Shown: positions 13,317 through 24,504 of the stretch, one piece after another
Layout: each line of letters opens with the position of its first letter
Numbering within the stretch: position 1 is the first letter of the stretch
Source of the DNA: Podarcis cretensis
Taxonomy: Eukaryota
Assembly (NCBI GenBank): GCA_951804945.1
Contig: OX638158.1
Location: forward strand, 38,068,001 to 38,132,000
Direction of reading: 5' to 3'
DNA length: 64,000 nt
Translations under genes and position numbers: made by a program
The notes under the pieces: model-generated
Told to the model about the DNA's origin: nothing
Database searches by the model: none
Seen by the model: the letters and a program-made list of their open reading frames with translations, nothing else

Positions 13317-14120
13317 GTGAGTTCTGTATTTAACTGCTGACTAATTTGAAAAAAATCCCTCAATTTGACTAATAAAAATAGCCATTATAAGAGCAGGAGG
13401 GAGTTCTCTCATATAAAGTGATGTGAGATAGTTATTCCAGTGCAAAACAACATGGTGGCGGAGGCTTAATTCCTAAGGTCAGTGTAGAAAGGATCATGGA
13501 TTAGGCACATATTATTTTCCTCTTATTTATTTTATTTTATTGTGCACTGCTTGATTGTGAAAAAGCTCCAAGCAGTTTACAAATATAAAACAATAACATT
13601 ATCAGTAAAAACAACCAAAAGATTTTTTTAAATCGAAATTTGCCACTAGCATGTATTTTTAAGCAACCTGTGCCATGCACATATACATCAAAACTGATAC
13701 AGAAGCCATATTTTTGTACTCAAATTTAATACTCAAATGGAAAAAATACCTTGCATGAAGTCACTGTCAGAGTAAGGTGGCAGTTGTATGGCAGCATGGT
13801 ATGATTCTGTCTTCCGTGCTCTGAGAACAACGGGGAAATTGTGCAGTAATAAAGAGAGAGCTGCAGTGAGGTCAAGCTCAGTCTTATGGCCTGAAGTAGC
13901 CAGGCTTTGCAAACTTTAAAACAAGCAAATAAAACCACTAAGCCGATTGTTCCACACAACTGGAGCTTTGACATTCATTGAATCTCTAAAAAGAATCAAT
14001 CTTGGTACAGATGTTTAAAATGATTGGCTGAATTTAAGTGTCTGTACTCATGTGTGGCTCAGAACGAGAACAAAGAAATCACTTCTTTTAAAAATAATAA
14101 TAATAGTTTGTTTTCTTCAG

Positions 14121-14216
14121 GATATGTTTGACTTGCACCATCTTTACATCACTGATAACAACTTGGATCATATCCCACTTCCACTCCCTGAAAGCCTCCA
14201 GTCTCTTCATCTGCAG
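14121..14216 (+). CDS. EPYC: Epiphycan exon 6
   Basis: cttcag / gtgggc, 96 nt; DMFDLHHLYITDNNLDHIPLPLPESLQSLHLQ. Confidence 0.97.
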
Positions 14217-15341
14217 GTGGGCTAAAACAATCAATAAATTCTTTTGGATATAGTGTTGACTGCATAAGAAGTGTGCCAAATTTCATACAAATAGGTTCAG
14301 GGGCTTTCGTGCTAGGAAGAACTAAATATTATTTCCTTTTGTTAGAAGTTGGACCCATTGGTTACAAAGGTGCTCTCTCTCCCCCTCCGCATCCTTGAGC
14401 TTTTCTTAAATTTGGAGACATAAATTACATATGTATACACAAAAAGTATCAGGTGTTATAACAATAATTGAACAACAAACCAACAACACCAGAACTGGCT
14501 TGTGAATATAAAGAACAATTTTACTGGAATAAATATATACCCTCATAAACCAACTAGACAATGGGCAAACTAAAGTCCAATGTGCATAACCAAGCCTGTA
14601 CTGGCTGTACTGGTTATGTATGCAATAAATATGTCATAACACAGCTGGAACAAATAGTCGTTCACTGGAAGCACAATGCAATAAATGTAGGAGCGGTTGC
14701 CAGAAGGCGTTCTTCAAGTGGTTAGCTGGAAACGCAAAGCCAAATGATCAATTGAAGCCAAATAGATGAGACCTGTTGTCCGGATATTATCCAGGTTTTG
14801 CAGCAAGCTTCATCAGTCCATGATGCTAATCACTCAGCACAGTTCGCTCAAGACAAAAGGTACTCACAGGCACAGCTTACATGTGGTCTTGCAAAGCTGC
14901 TTCCCTCCACCCCCCATAGCACGGGGATTGTGGACAATGGTAAAATCATGTCCTCTGATAGCAAGCTAGACCTGTCAGTCACAACAGAGTTCCTCCTCTC
15001 TGGTCTCTCTAATACTAATGTTCTCCCTCTTCCCATCCTCCCAACATAGTGGGTAAGATTAGACACATCGGGCCACATCCAGCGCTTCAGCTTTCCTGAC
15101 GCAACAGACATCAGTGTGTGCAGTATATCTTCCTTTCCCCATCCTGTCACCCTCCGACCTTCCCACAAAATCAGCTTGGAGGCAGGGAGGAGATTCCGGT
15201 ATATGCAAGAGGTGGAGAGAAAATGGAGGTCCTATTGCACCAGTGGAACCACATACATGGAGCATTGGATAAAACCAATATCTGGTTGCAGCAGATATTT
15301 GTCTGCAGCATTTGATGTCTAGATATCTAAGGTGCCACAAA

Positions 15342-16200
15342 ATAATAATAAATAATAATTATATTATTTATACCTTGCCCATGTGGCTGGGTTTCCCCAG
15401 TCACTCTGGGCAGCTTACAGCATATCTTAAAAATATATATAAAAAAACATCAAGCGTTAGAAACCTCCTGATACAGGGCTACCTTCAGTTTATGTAATTC
15501 TTTATCTCCTTGACATCTGAAGGGAGGGCGTTCCACAGGGAGGGCACCACTACTGAGAAGGCCCTCTGCCTGGTTCCCTGTAACTTCGCTTCTCGGAGTG
15601 AGGGAACGAAACTAGCAGAAGACCCTCGGAGGAGGATCTCAGGGTGTGGGCTGAGCGATGGGGATGCTCCTTCAGGTATACTGGGCCGAAGCCATTTAGG
15701 GCTTTAAGGGTCAGTACCAACACTTTGAATTGTGCTCTGAAATGTACTGGGAGCCAGGGAAGATCCTTTAGGACCAGTGTTATATGGTCCTGGCCGCTAT
15801 TCCCAGTCACCAGTCTAGCTGCCACATTCTGGATTAGTTGTATTTTCCAAGTCACCTTCAAATATAGCCTCATGTAGAGTGCATTGCAGTAGTCCAAGCA
15901 GGAGATAACCAAGGCCTGCACCACTCTGGCGAGACTGTCTGTGGGCAAGTAGGGTCTCAGCCTGCATACCAGATGGGGCTGGTAGACAGCTGCCTTGAAC
16001 ACCAAATTGACTTGCACCTCCATGGACAGTTGTGAGTCCTGGTTGCACCTGGTCTTTCAGGGACACAGCCACCCCATTTAGGACCAGGGAGTCCCCCACA
16101 TCCGCCCGCCCCTTGTCCCCTCAAAACAGTACTTCTGTCTTGTCTTGATTGAACCTAAACCAGTCAGCCGCCATCCATCTGTCAACTGCCTCCAGACACT
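15342..16200 (-). mobile_element. L2 LINE 3' part in EPYC intron 6
   Basis: Minus ORF ...VQALVISCLDYCNALY...IQLIQNVAARLVTG...LPWLPVHFRAQFKVLVLTLKALNG; (TTA)n tail. Confidence 0.92.
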
Positions 16201-16507
16201 GACACTCAGAGCTCCCTGCTCTTATTATTCAGAGTTCTTATTACTTCAGAGTTCCCTGCTCTTTTTATTATTGATTCAGTTTCTCATCTGACCTTCATCA
16301 CAAAGTCCTAGGGCTTTGACTTGTGCCTCTTTGATATCCCACTTCACCTCTAAAAACCCCAAAATTCCTCTGAGGCACCCTGCTTGGCCCCAGGATCTAT
16401 CCAAATCCAGTGCACGCTACTACTAATTATTAGGTTATTGTTGACAAACTGACATTTAAATTGGAATTTAAATAGTGGCTTTAATAAATCTTTTGTTTTC
16501 TTTTTAG

Positions 16508-16678
16508 AACAACAATATACAAGAGATGCATGAAGATACTTTCTGCAAAATGAAGGATTATTCTTACATCCGCAAATCTCTTGAAGACATCAGGCTAGAT
16601 GGCAATCCCATTAATCTGAGCAAAACCCCTCATGCGTACATGTGTCTACCCCGTCTGCCTGTTGGGAGCCTCTTTTAG
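16508..16678 (+). CDS. EPYC: Epiphycan exon 7 (last coding exon, stop TAG)
   Basis: polypyrimidine tract + ttag acceptor; NNNIQEMHEDTFCKMKDYSYIRKSLEDIRLDGNPINLSKTPHAYMCLPRLPVGSLF*; the C-terminus and adjacency to CCER1 favour EPYC over OGN/OPTC. Confidence 0.97.
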   Translation, partial: NNNIQEMHEDTFCKMKDYSYIRKSLEDIRLDGNPINLSKTPHAYMCLPRLPVGSLF

Positions 16679-17717
16679 GCTTAGGCCATAACGAAAATGT
16701 CATGTAACATAATTTCTTTTGCAAGTATGCTTTCTAAAGCAAACTGCTTCAAAAGCTTGTGACAGTATGATATGGTTGTATTGGTGTAAAATAATAAGTA
16801 AACAGTTGCAGTCAGTAACGCACAGTGCTGAATACTAATTCATTCTCTATTAAAGTATACCATGCTTCCATATTGTAACCAGTGCATTGTAATCAGTGCA
16901 GAATAGCTGACATGATAACTATGATGAAAGGAGAAGGGAATGAATAAGTATTAGAGAAACTGAATATTAATGATACTTGGTTCATAATTTTATCCACATT
17001 AAAATTGTAATAGTAAAGCTATAAGAATTGTATATAAATAGAAAATGACCCATGCTACCTTGTTTTTAATCATATTCTATATGTAAAGCTTTTCCATAAT
17101 TTTTTTCATAAAAATGTAACAAAAGTCCTGTCTGGATGAAACCAAAGCTCCATATAGGCTAGCGTCCTACTTGCTATAGAGGGCAGCTAGGTGCCAGATC
17201 AGGTTATTTTACTAAAACATTAATATTAAAAATAAATATACTCTCTTGTAAAATGTTGAACATTGCTTTGTACTAGAGAGGAAACATGGAAACCGTCCTT
17301 ATACTGTATAAGTAAAAAAAATGTACACCAAGTATGTGTATTGTCTTCACAGTAATTTTGTGCTAGATAATAGTGAAGAAATAAAATTCCTCGCTTCTCT
17401 ACTAAGCTCACCAACCAACTCAAAGCAACAGTAGAAGACTTCTGTGAAATGATATATTTCAATAGTTCCTGACACTATGGAAATAAGTGCAGAGCAATAC
17501 AAAGTGCATTGTAGAAACTTTACAGAATGTTTCTGTTCATATATTTTAATACACCAAAGGAGAGAAAACATTCAAATATGAAGCACTCCTTCCTAAGAAA
17601 CTCTGTCCCCAACATTCGGTCAGTATTTACCTTCTACATATATGCTTTCCTCTCTAGCATCACACTACCTAATACTTACTTCAAGTGTCTATGACAGTTT
17701 AGAAGATACTGTCCTTA

Positions 17718-18536
17718 TTGTCTTGGAAGATGTTTAGTAGGGCCAATTCTGGGGTGGTTTCTAATACTTGCTTAGTTATTTTACATATTTCTCGTATGGC
17801 TGTTGTCCAGAATAGTTGGATTTTGGGGCACTCGCACCACATGTGGAGGTATGTGCCTGTGGAGGTGCACCCTCTCCAGCATTTTGGTGAGGTTCCTGCC
17901 CATTTACATCACAAAGAACTCATAACCCACCTACTTTCAGCAGCCAGAAACATAACCAGACACTGGAAGGACCTGTCAGGAGTAAGCATGGACAAATGGT
18001 ACCAAATAGTATGGGAAACAGCCTTACTAGAAAAATTAACCAATAAACTGAAACTGACACGGAGACAAATAGAAGAAGACACCTTCACCCTGGTATGGCT
18101 CCCCTTTATCACATACACAACCCAGCAAGACAATGACAAAAATCCACCAACAGCATACAAATCAATATGGCTAACCTGATCCAGAACACCTACCCACCCC
18201 ACTCACACATGAAAACAAAGACCACCACAGCCGATCACAAACAACCACACCCTAGGCCAACCCCAACCTCTCTCACCACCAAAGGAACGCAAGTGAATAG
18301 CAGAGAACCTGCACAAGCGATGCTGACACAAAACCCCACATACATTAAGTAAAATAGAAACATCGTCACCCAACCCCAACCACCCCCCACCTCTTTCCCC
18401 CTTTTCTTCCTAATGTCTCAACAAATAAAACTGATCTGTAAAAAAATGTTACGGGGAGGGGGGGAGATAGAGAGACATTGCACATACTTTTGTAAACCAA
18501 GAAAATCTTTAATTAAAATACTTTAAAAAAAGAAGA
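17718..18536 (+). mobile_element. L1 LINE 3' fragment with 5' inversion
   Basis: 17-bp TSD agaagatactgtcctta (17701-17717, 18537-18553); sense ORF2 C-terminus from ~17898; inverted CCHC knuckle at 17718-17898; A-rich tail. Confidence 0.92.
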
Positions 18537-18606
18537 AGAAGATACTGTCCTTAAAACAGAGCAGTGCCTACAGTGGTCAGTTCTTCTGCTTAAATTAGAA
18601 TTGGCC

Positions 18607-19073
18607 TGTCCTGGCTGTGACCGGCTCCAATAGACGGAGATTACATGGCAGACAGAAGGAATGTAGCAATTAGTCAGGGTCAGAGCAGATAGATGGCTTG
18701 GACTTACTGAAGCAACTGACCTTCCCAAAGCTCTGAGTGTGGCAGTTTGCTCCATCTCATGCTGCCACAAGCTCCCCTCCCTCCCTGCTTTCCAGAACCA
18801 GAATTGGGCTGAAATGGACGGAGCAGCGACAGGCTGCACATAGGCTTAGTCCCTGATTGCTTGGGGAAAGCTCTGGAGAGGAGAGACTTAGAAGGCTGCA
18901 GGGAGGTTGGGACTTTTTCTTGGCAACTGATTCATGGCATAAAACTACCAGGGATGAGCTGCTGTGCTCGTTAGGCCTGACACTCAGCCAAGTCTGTGAA
19001 GGTTGTGTTTTTGCTAATAAAGTGTTAACTCCAACTTTGAATGGTGTGATTTATTGCAGACTCGCACTTTGAC
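18607..19073 (+). mobile_element. Decayed Gypsy-like solo LTR
   Basis: Starts TGTC; cataaaa TATA-like, aataaa and TG-rich U5 near the 3' end; decayed SRTR..LK..EQ...HRLSP*LL peptide; TSD not clean. Confidence 0.5.
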
Positions 19074-20549
19074 TGTCTGTATTTTAGGCATTTGCTTTTT
19101 TTATTTGTATTATATGCAATGGTCTATAGCTATAAGCAATAAATCTTCTATTGAATAAATAAATAACATTCATTTGAGAGCAATGCGATTTGTGCTTAAA
19201 GGGGCATTCTGACATGTATTCCAATGTGTACTCAGATGTTCACTCCAATGCCCAGCCAGCCAGTGCTTCCCATTCTGCTGCTCTACTTTCATTGCTACAT
19301 TGTGGCCCTCTAAGCCAGTCCTGGTACATTTTAAAACAATACTTTAATGTATATATTAATACATATTAACTGATTGATCCCATAGTCACCCAACTATAAA
19401 AAGCATGGGAACCCTCGGAGTTTTCTTTAGAAAAGAAAAAATCATCACATTCGTTTACATTTTGGCAACCTGCACTTTGGCATGCAGTCGCTGGGGGGGT
19501 TGACCATGAGTCAATGCAGCCTTCAGCCCAAAAGGTTTATTGCCTCAGTTGTAAGAGTTGTTCTTAATACTGGGTGCAGATTAAAGTCAAAGCCATACTT
19601 GCACGCATATGTGCAGTAGAAATGATAGGAGACACATGCATCTATCTTTAGACCTCTCCTTTTCCTATCCATGTGGTTTCTGTCAACAACTGTTGATCTT
19701 TTTTACTAGCAACTAAGACAGCAAATACTCAGAAATTTAGCCAACCTCTGGTTTGTTTGTTTTTTAAAAAAATCTTTGCAAATAATATCAGGTTCTTAGA
19801 ATGTTGATAATTTACTTGCATTGGTATCACCATTTTAAAGAGTACTACTGCCATCATGTGTTGAGATATTATAAATAAAGCTTGTCAAATCCTCATATTT
19901 GTATTTTGTGTGTGTATTTAAAGTTGGGTGCTCTTTAACAACGGACTTGATAAGTTATCTAGTAATTCTGGCTGAAGTTTCTATGTATCAGGATTACAGA
20001 ACTCTCATGCTTTTTAGCTTCCCTAAAGTGTCTGGAGAATAAAGCTAGGCAAGGTGGAAATTAAGCCTGAGTCTGAATATGTGACAGCTCCTGTACTGAT
20101 AGAGAATGAAAGGAGATAATTCATTATCTTTTCAAATGGTCATTCTTCTCAGCCACGCTGATAAGAATCAATGAAGGAACATATTAGAAGCAGAGCCTTT
20201 GTTTTATTTAATGGCCAAGTTTCTGAAGCTGAACTTTCAGCATAGTTTAGAATGGTACTTTGGTTTCTTTCCAATAGAATGCAGTGTTTTGCTTTTTTCT
20301 CATAGGAGTGAATAGCAGCCTTTTATCCGAGAAAGCAAAAGGCTGCAGCATTCAAATGTTTATGGGGTGAAATTTGCCACCTGGCCTTGATGACATAGGG
20401 AAATTAATAACTAATAATAATATTTATATGCTTCCCATCTGACTAGGTTGCCCCAGCCACTCTTGACAGCTCCCAACAAAGTATTAAGAGCACAATAAAA
20501 TGCCAACCATTAAAAACTTCCCTAAACAGGGCTGCCTGCAGATGTTAAT

Positions 20550-20775
20550 GAAAAGCCTTCTGGGTCAGACCAATGGCCCATCTAGTCCAGCATCTTGATC
20601 TCACGGTGGCTGACCTGATGCCTGTGGAAAACGTGCATGCAGAATTAGAGCATTGCTGCACTCTCCCATACTGTGGTTTCGAATAATTGGTATTCAGAAG
20701 CATTTCTGCCTCTGATTGTGGCGGCAGAACATAACCATCATGGGACGTATCCATTGATAACTCTCTCCACCATGA
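20550..20775 (-). mobile_element. Old CR1-type 3' fragment
   Basis: cagaccaatggcccatctagtccagcatc motif typical of squamate CR1 3' ends. Confidence 0.55.
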
Positions 20776-21130
20776 ATGAAGGAGCAGATTTAGTCCCATC
20801 AGCTGAGCCCTAGATTAAACCCTAGTTACTTTATTGCATACAAATCCATAGACTATTGATAGGTGTGGTTACCTGCATAAACACAAAAACTTGGATCCTG
20901 AGCTCCATGGCAACATTCTGCTTATCATGGGGCTTTTCAACACACAAACCCCGTCTCACTGCAGCCCCTCCTTTCCCCCTGGAAGCTAATCCTGAGGATT
21001 GGGAAACACATTAGAAAGCCATGGGGTAGTGTACAAGGGACTGAGGAGCAATGGGGGAGTCAGGGGAAAAGAACCTGGGATAAACAGAAGTGTTTCTGAT
21101 CATATTGTGGCAATTTTGGATCCCATTAAG

Positions 21131-22092
21131 TTATTTTTCAAATCAAATCAAAGACCTTATTGGAATCACAATCTAAAACATTTCAGGTCACTAGGATAAT
21201 TAAAAGGACAAGGGTGAATCTGTTGAGGGTCATAAGGTCACACTGTGATCGTGTGCACTTAGATATTCTGCTTCGCCCTGTCTGTTCCCTGAAAGGATGG
21301 TTCATTGGGAACCCTTTCGGGCAAAATTGTAGCTAAAAAGGAAGCTACTAAAGCAGGGACATCTTTGTCCTGATCTGTCATGAGAAACCTCATTTGACGA
21401 CTTCTCAGAGTTACAGGCCGGAGGTCCAACATTTTGCTCAGCATCAGTTGGCAAGGTCTACTGTGTAGAGAGCAATCTAAGAGAATGTGGTTCATTGAAT
21501 CAGGTACTTTTTGGTTGCAGGCACACAGATGGGCTTGATATGGGGCATGTGAGAATCTACCTTTGGTCACTACAGAGGGGAAGGCATTTAATCTCGCAAG
21601 CATAATCTCTTCGATGGGAAGGGAGTAGTAGATCCTTTAGATATTTGGCACAGGTTCTGTAGGGTGTTGTAATACCTAAGGCCTCCAGAGAACAGGATCT
21701 AGTAGTATGAGGTAACAAGCGCTGTCTTTCATGGTCGTAGAGTCGCTGTTTGATTATTTAGAATATGTAACTTTCGTCACATGCTTCAAGGCTCTCAAGA
21801 GCAATGCCCAAACTACGGATTTTATCTTGAATTGCTCTATACCATTCCAGGTCTTCATGCATTGAGCTTAAGAAGGAGTTAGTTGTTGTTCTAAAGTGGA
21901 CTTTCAGCCATGCCTTGGTTGTAGTGAGCCATGCATTGATTTCCATCAGATGTTGACTGGTTTTAACACATAGGGTTAAGTAACTTATGCATTTAGGGTC
22001 ACCATGGATCTTAAGAAGAAAAGTCACTTGAATTTGTTCAACTTCTCTATTAAATGCTTGTACCCAAATTGGAATGCCATACAATAACTGAG
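21131..22092 (-). mobile_element. RTE-X-like LINE 3' part (degraded)
   Basis: Minus ORFs YGIPIW...EVEQIQVTFLLKI and LARLNAFPS..GRF....LCAC.....DSMNHILLDC (CCHC); (tttga)n tail. Confidence 0.75.
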
Positions 22093-23211
22093 AAAGGGAA
22101 TTATGTGATATTCTGCTTCAGACCGAACTACACATTACACAGAGACATTTGAAACTGAATCCAAACCAGCTTTCTTAAAAACAACAACAAACCACCACAA
22201 CAACAACTGGAAGGGAGGAACAGGAGGGGCCCAGCGGCCCTTATACTGCCTGCTAGGTCTCTGCTACAAACCGCCCTGAAGCCTTTCTCCATGCATAGAT
22301 CAAAGCACATTTGTAGTTAAGACGAGGAAAAACCAGCTGGAGCAGACCTACTTGTAGCTGAGTAGCACTGGGAAAGGAAAGGGTTAAGGGAACCCTCTCC
22401 CTGCTACTTGTCTGCTCCAAGTCACACACACACACACCCCAATATGGCTGTCCTGGAAATAAAAAGGACAGCAGGGTTTGGTTATATGTATTTGATTGCA
22501 GTGTGTAGTTAATCCTTTGGGTATTTAAAAGTTAGCTTCTTCTGCCTTCAACCTTTTGATAAACTGGAAGAAGGGCATATTCTGTAGGGTGTGTGCTATC
22601 AACTGAAAATTAAAATTTAACTATAACCAAATACATACATTTATAAGAAACAGAGTTTCTAGCTATAAAATCCATATGAGCATTAATATATTTAGCAGTT
22701 TGTGGGCCCAGACATTCTGCGCAAAACAGAATGTTAAGTGTTACTGCATCAGTAGTTTGGGTAGATAGAAACATGTTGACTGTTACCCAAGCATCATTTG
22801 TAGGAACTGTCCAGAAATCTGATATATATATGGCAGACATAGAAAATTAAATATGGGGTCATGGGCGGTTTATTCACATCATCCCTGTGTAATTTGGACA
22901 GGAAAATCATGAGATGGGTTTGTTTTTCAGCCTTCTTTTCTGAAAAGTAGAACGGATTCATTACTTAATCTTTGGTAACAGCTTACATTGAAGTCGTTAA
23001 AGATGTCATGTGGCATCGGTCAGTCTTTATTGATTACTGTTACACTGGATTGGGGTATCTGAAAATAGTATTTGCCTTAAGCTATGTCTGGCTAAAGATG
23101 CACACCAACATGGCTACCATGACAGTTGTGTGGAGTCAGTTGCCCTGGAGCCTAAAGAAGACAAGAGTATTTGATTCTACAGAGCTGCTCTCAAAAGAAC
23201 ACCTATCACAG

Positions 23212-23299
23212 CCCCACCCTGTTAAAAGCTGGCGGAATGTCCAGTTACAGCCCCACCCATTGCTTTATGATTGGTTCCCTGTTGCCTAGGGTGATGACG
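23212..23299 (+). promoter_or_regulatory. Candidate CCER1 proximal promoter
   Basis: Two CCCCACCC boxes, CAGTTA (MYB-like), ATTGG inverted CCAAT (23270), GTTGCCTAGGG (RFX-like, 23281) and TGACG half-CRE (23295) within 90 bp. Confidence 0.4.
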
Positions 23300-23662
23300 A
23301 TGCTTTATTCAATCTATACAAGGCTCCCAAGAGGAAAGGAAGTTACCACCCCTAGTGGCATGACACCTATGGCCCACTGAATCTGGGTCAAAGCAGCATC
23401 TCACACCGGGGTCTCATTGTATTACGAGCAGTGGCACCAAAGCCACAAAGAAAGAGGGAGCAACAGAAAACGACCAGGAAAAAAAAAGTACTGGAAAATC
23501 AGGAGTGTGCGCCCAGCTGGTTAAGGGCAGAAGGCACAAACCACACAATACAGAACTAACAGCACAAGCAGTGGCTGCTGTGGAAGGAGAAACTCCTAGG
23601 GAGGAAAAATCGAAAGTTGGAAAGGTAGTTTTTTGGAAGAGGCTTCCCAATTATCTCCTGAA

Positions 23663-24427
23663 ATGTGGAGACAGGGACGGCGGTGTTATCAGCAGCTGTC
23701 TCTGCAACTAGGATATACCAAACAATGGCCCAACATGGGAAGAAGGGACCAAAATGGTGAAAGAAGTGATCCAGGAGTGTCTCATGGTAGCCATCATGAT
23801 ACCAAAGTGAAGAAGCCCAAAGCTTGTCACTTTTCCGAACGGAAGAACGGTACGCTCTCTGGGAATGGTAGACCATGGAAGAAAAGGGGAGGCTATTGGA
23901 AGAAGAAAAGATCACCTAAGAAGGAGAAAGCAAAGCATTGGTATGCAAGTCACCAGTGGAAATCCAGATGTTGTAGGATTGGGAGAAGTCACCGCCGTAA
24001 TCGGAAGCGGAAGAGTCAGCGTTTGTTAGCATTTATGCATGCAGCTGTAAAGGGGAGACTGCGCCCCATGAATCTGTGTGGATGGAGGGCACCAGGAATG
24101 CGTGCCCCTAGGAACACAACACAGTTTATCATGCATCAGGTGTACCAAGACATGCGCCAGGAGGAGAAAAGGGCAGCAGCGGAAAAAGCAGCTGCTGCAG
24201 ACAAAAGAGAAGAAGAGAAATCAGAACAACAGCAATCCACAGGAGAGAATGATTGTGACATGGTATTTCCAAATGCCAGTTGCATGGCCACCATTTCGGC
24301 TATGAGCCCACAGATAAATATTTTCATGGGAGATGAGGAAGTTGGAGAAGATGAGAGTAGTCAGAAAAACCAAATATATGAAGATATAGGTCTGGAATCT
24401 CACCTGAGTATTTCCTGTGAGCCATAA
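23663..24427 (+). CDS. CCER1: Coiled-coil glutamate-rich protein 1, intronless, 254 aa from the first in-frame ATG (true start uncertain)
   Basis: Contains LRPMNLCGWRAPGMRAPRNTTQFIMHQVYQDMRQEEK, matching the recalled CCER1 core (WREPGMRAPPNTTQFIMNQIYEDMRQQEK); basic N-half, acidic C-half; downstream of EPYC on the same strand. Confidence 0.88.
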   Translation: MWRQGRRCYQQLSLQLGYTKQWPNMGRRDQNGERSDPGVSHGSHHDTKVKKPKACHFSERKNGTLSGNGRPWKKRGGYWKKKRSPKKEKAKHWYASHQWKSRCCRIGRSHRRNRKRKSQRLLAFMHAAVKGRLRPMNLCGWRAPGMRAPRNTTQFIMHQVYQDMRQEEKRAAAEKAAAADKREEEKSEQQQSTGENDCDMVFPNASCMATISAMSPQINIFMGDEEVGEDESSQKNQIYEDIGLESHLSISCEP

Positions 24428-24498
24428 AAATACAATGACTGGACTATGCGTTTGTATTCCTCGATAGTTCAGAATAGATCTTGATCTCCAGATTCTTA

Positions 24499-24504
24499 AA
24501 TAAA
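24499..24504 (+). terminator. Candidate CCER1 polyadenylation signal
   Basis: AATAAA about 70 nt after the stop, followed by a T/GT-rich tract. Confidence 0.5.

Noticed and set aside
14454-15046. Possible LTR in EPYC intron 6 (TGTT...AACA)
   Set aside because: No matching TSD; not enough support to call.
17718-18179. 153-aa ORF as a host gene or EPYC extension
   Set aside because: It is a chimera of inverted and sense L1 ORF2 lying inside a TSD.
23633-23662. ORF-track start of CCER1
   Set aside because: The start codon is TTG; the first in-frame ATG is at 23663.
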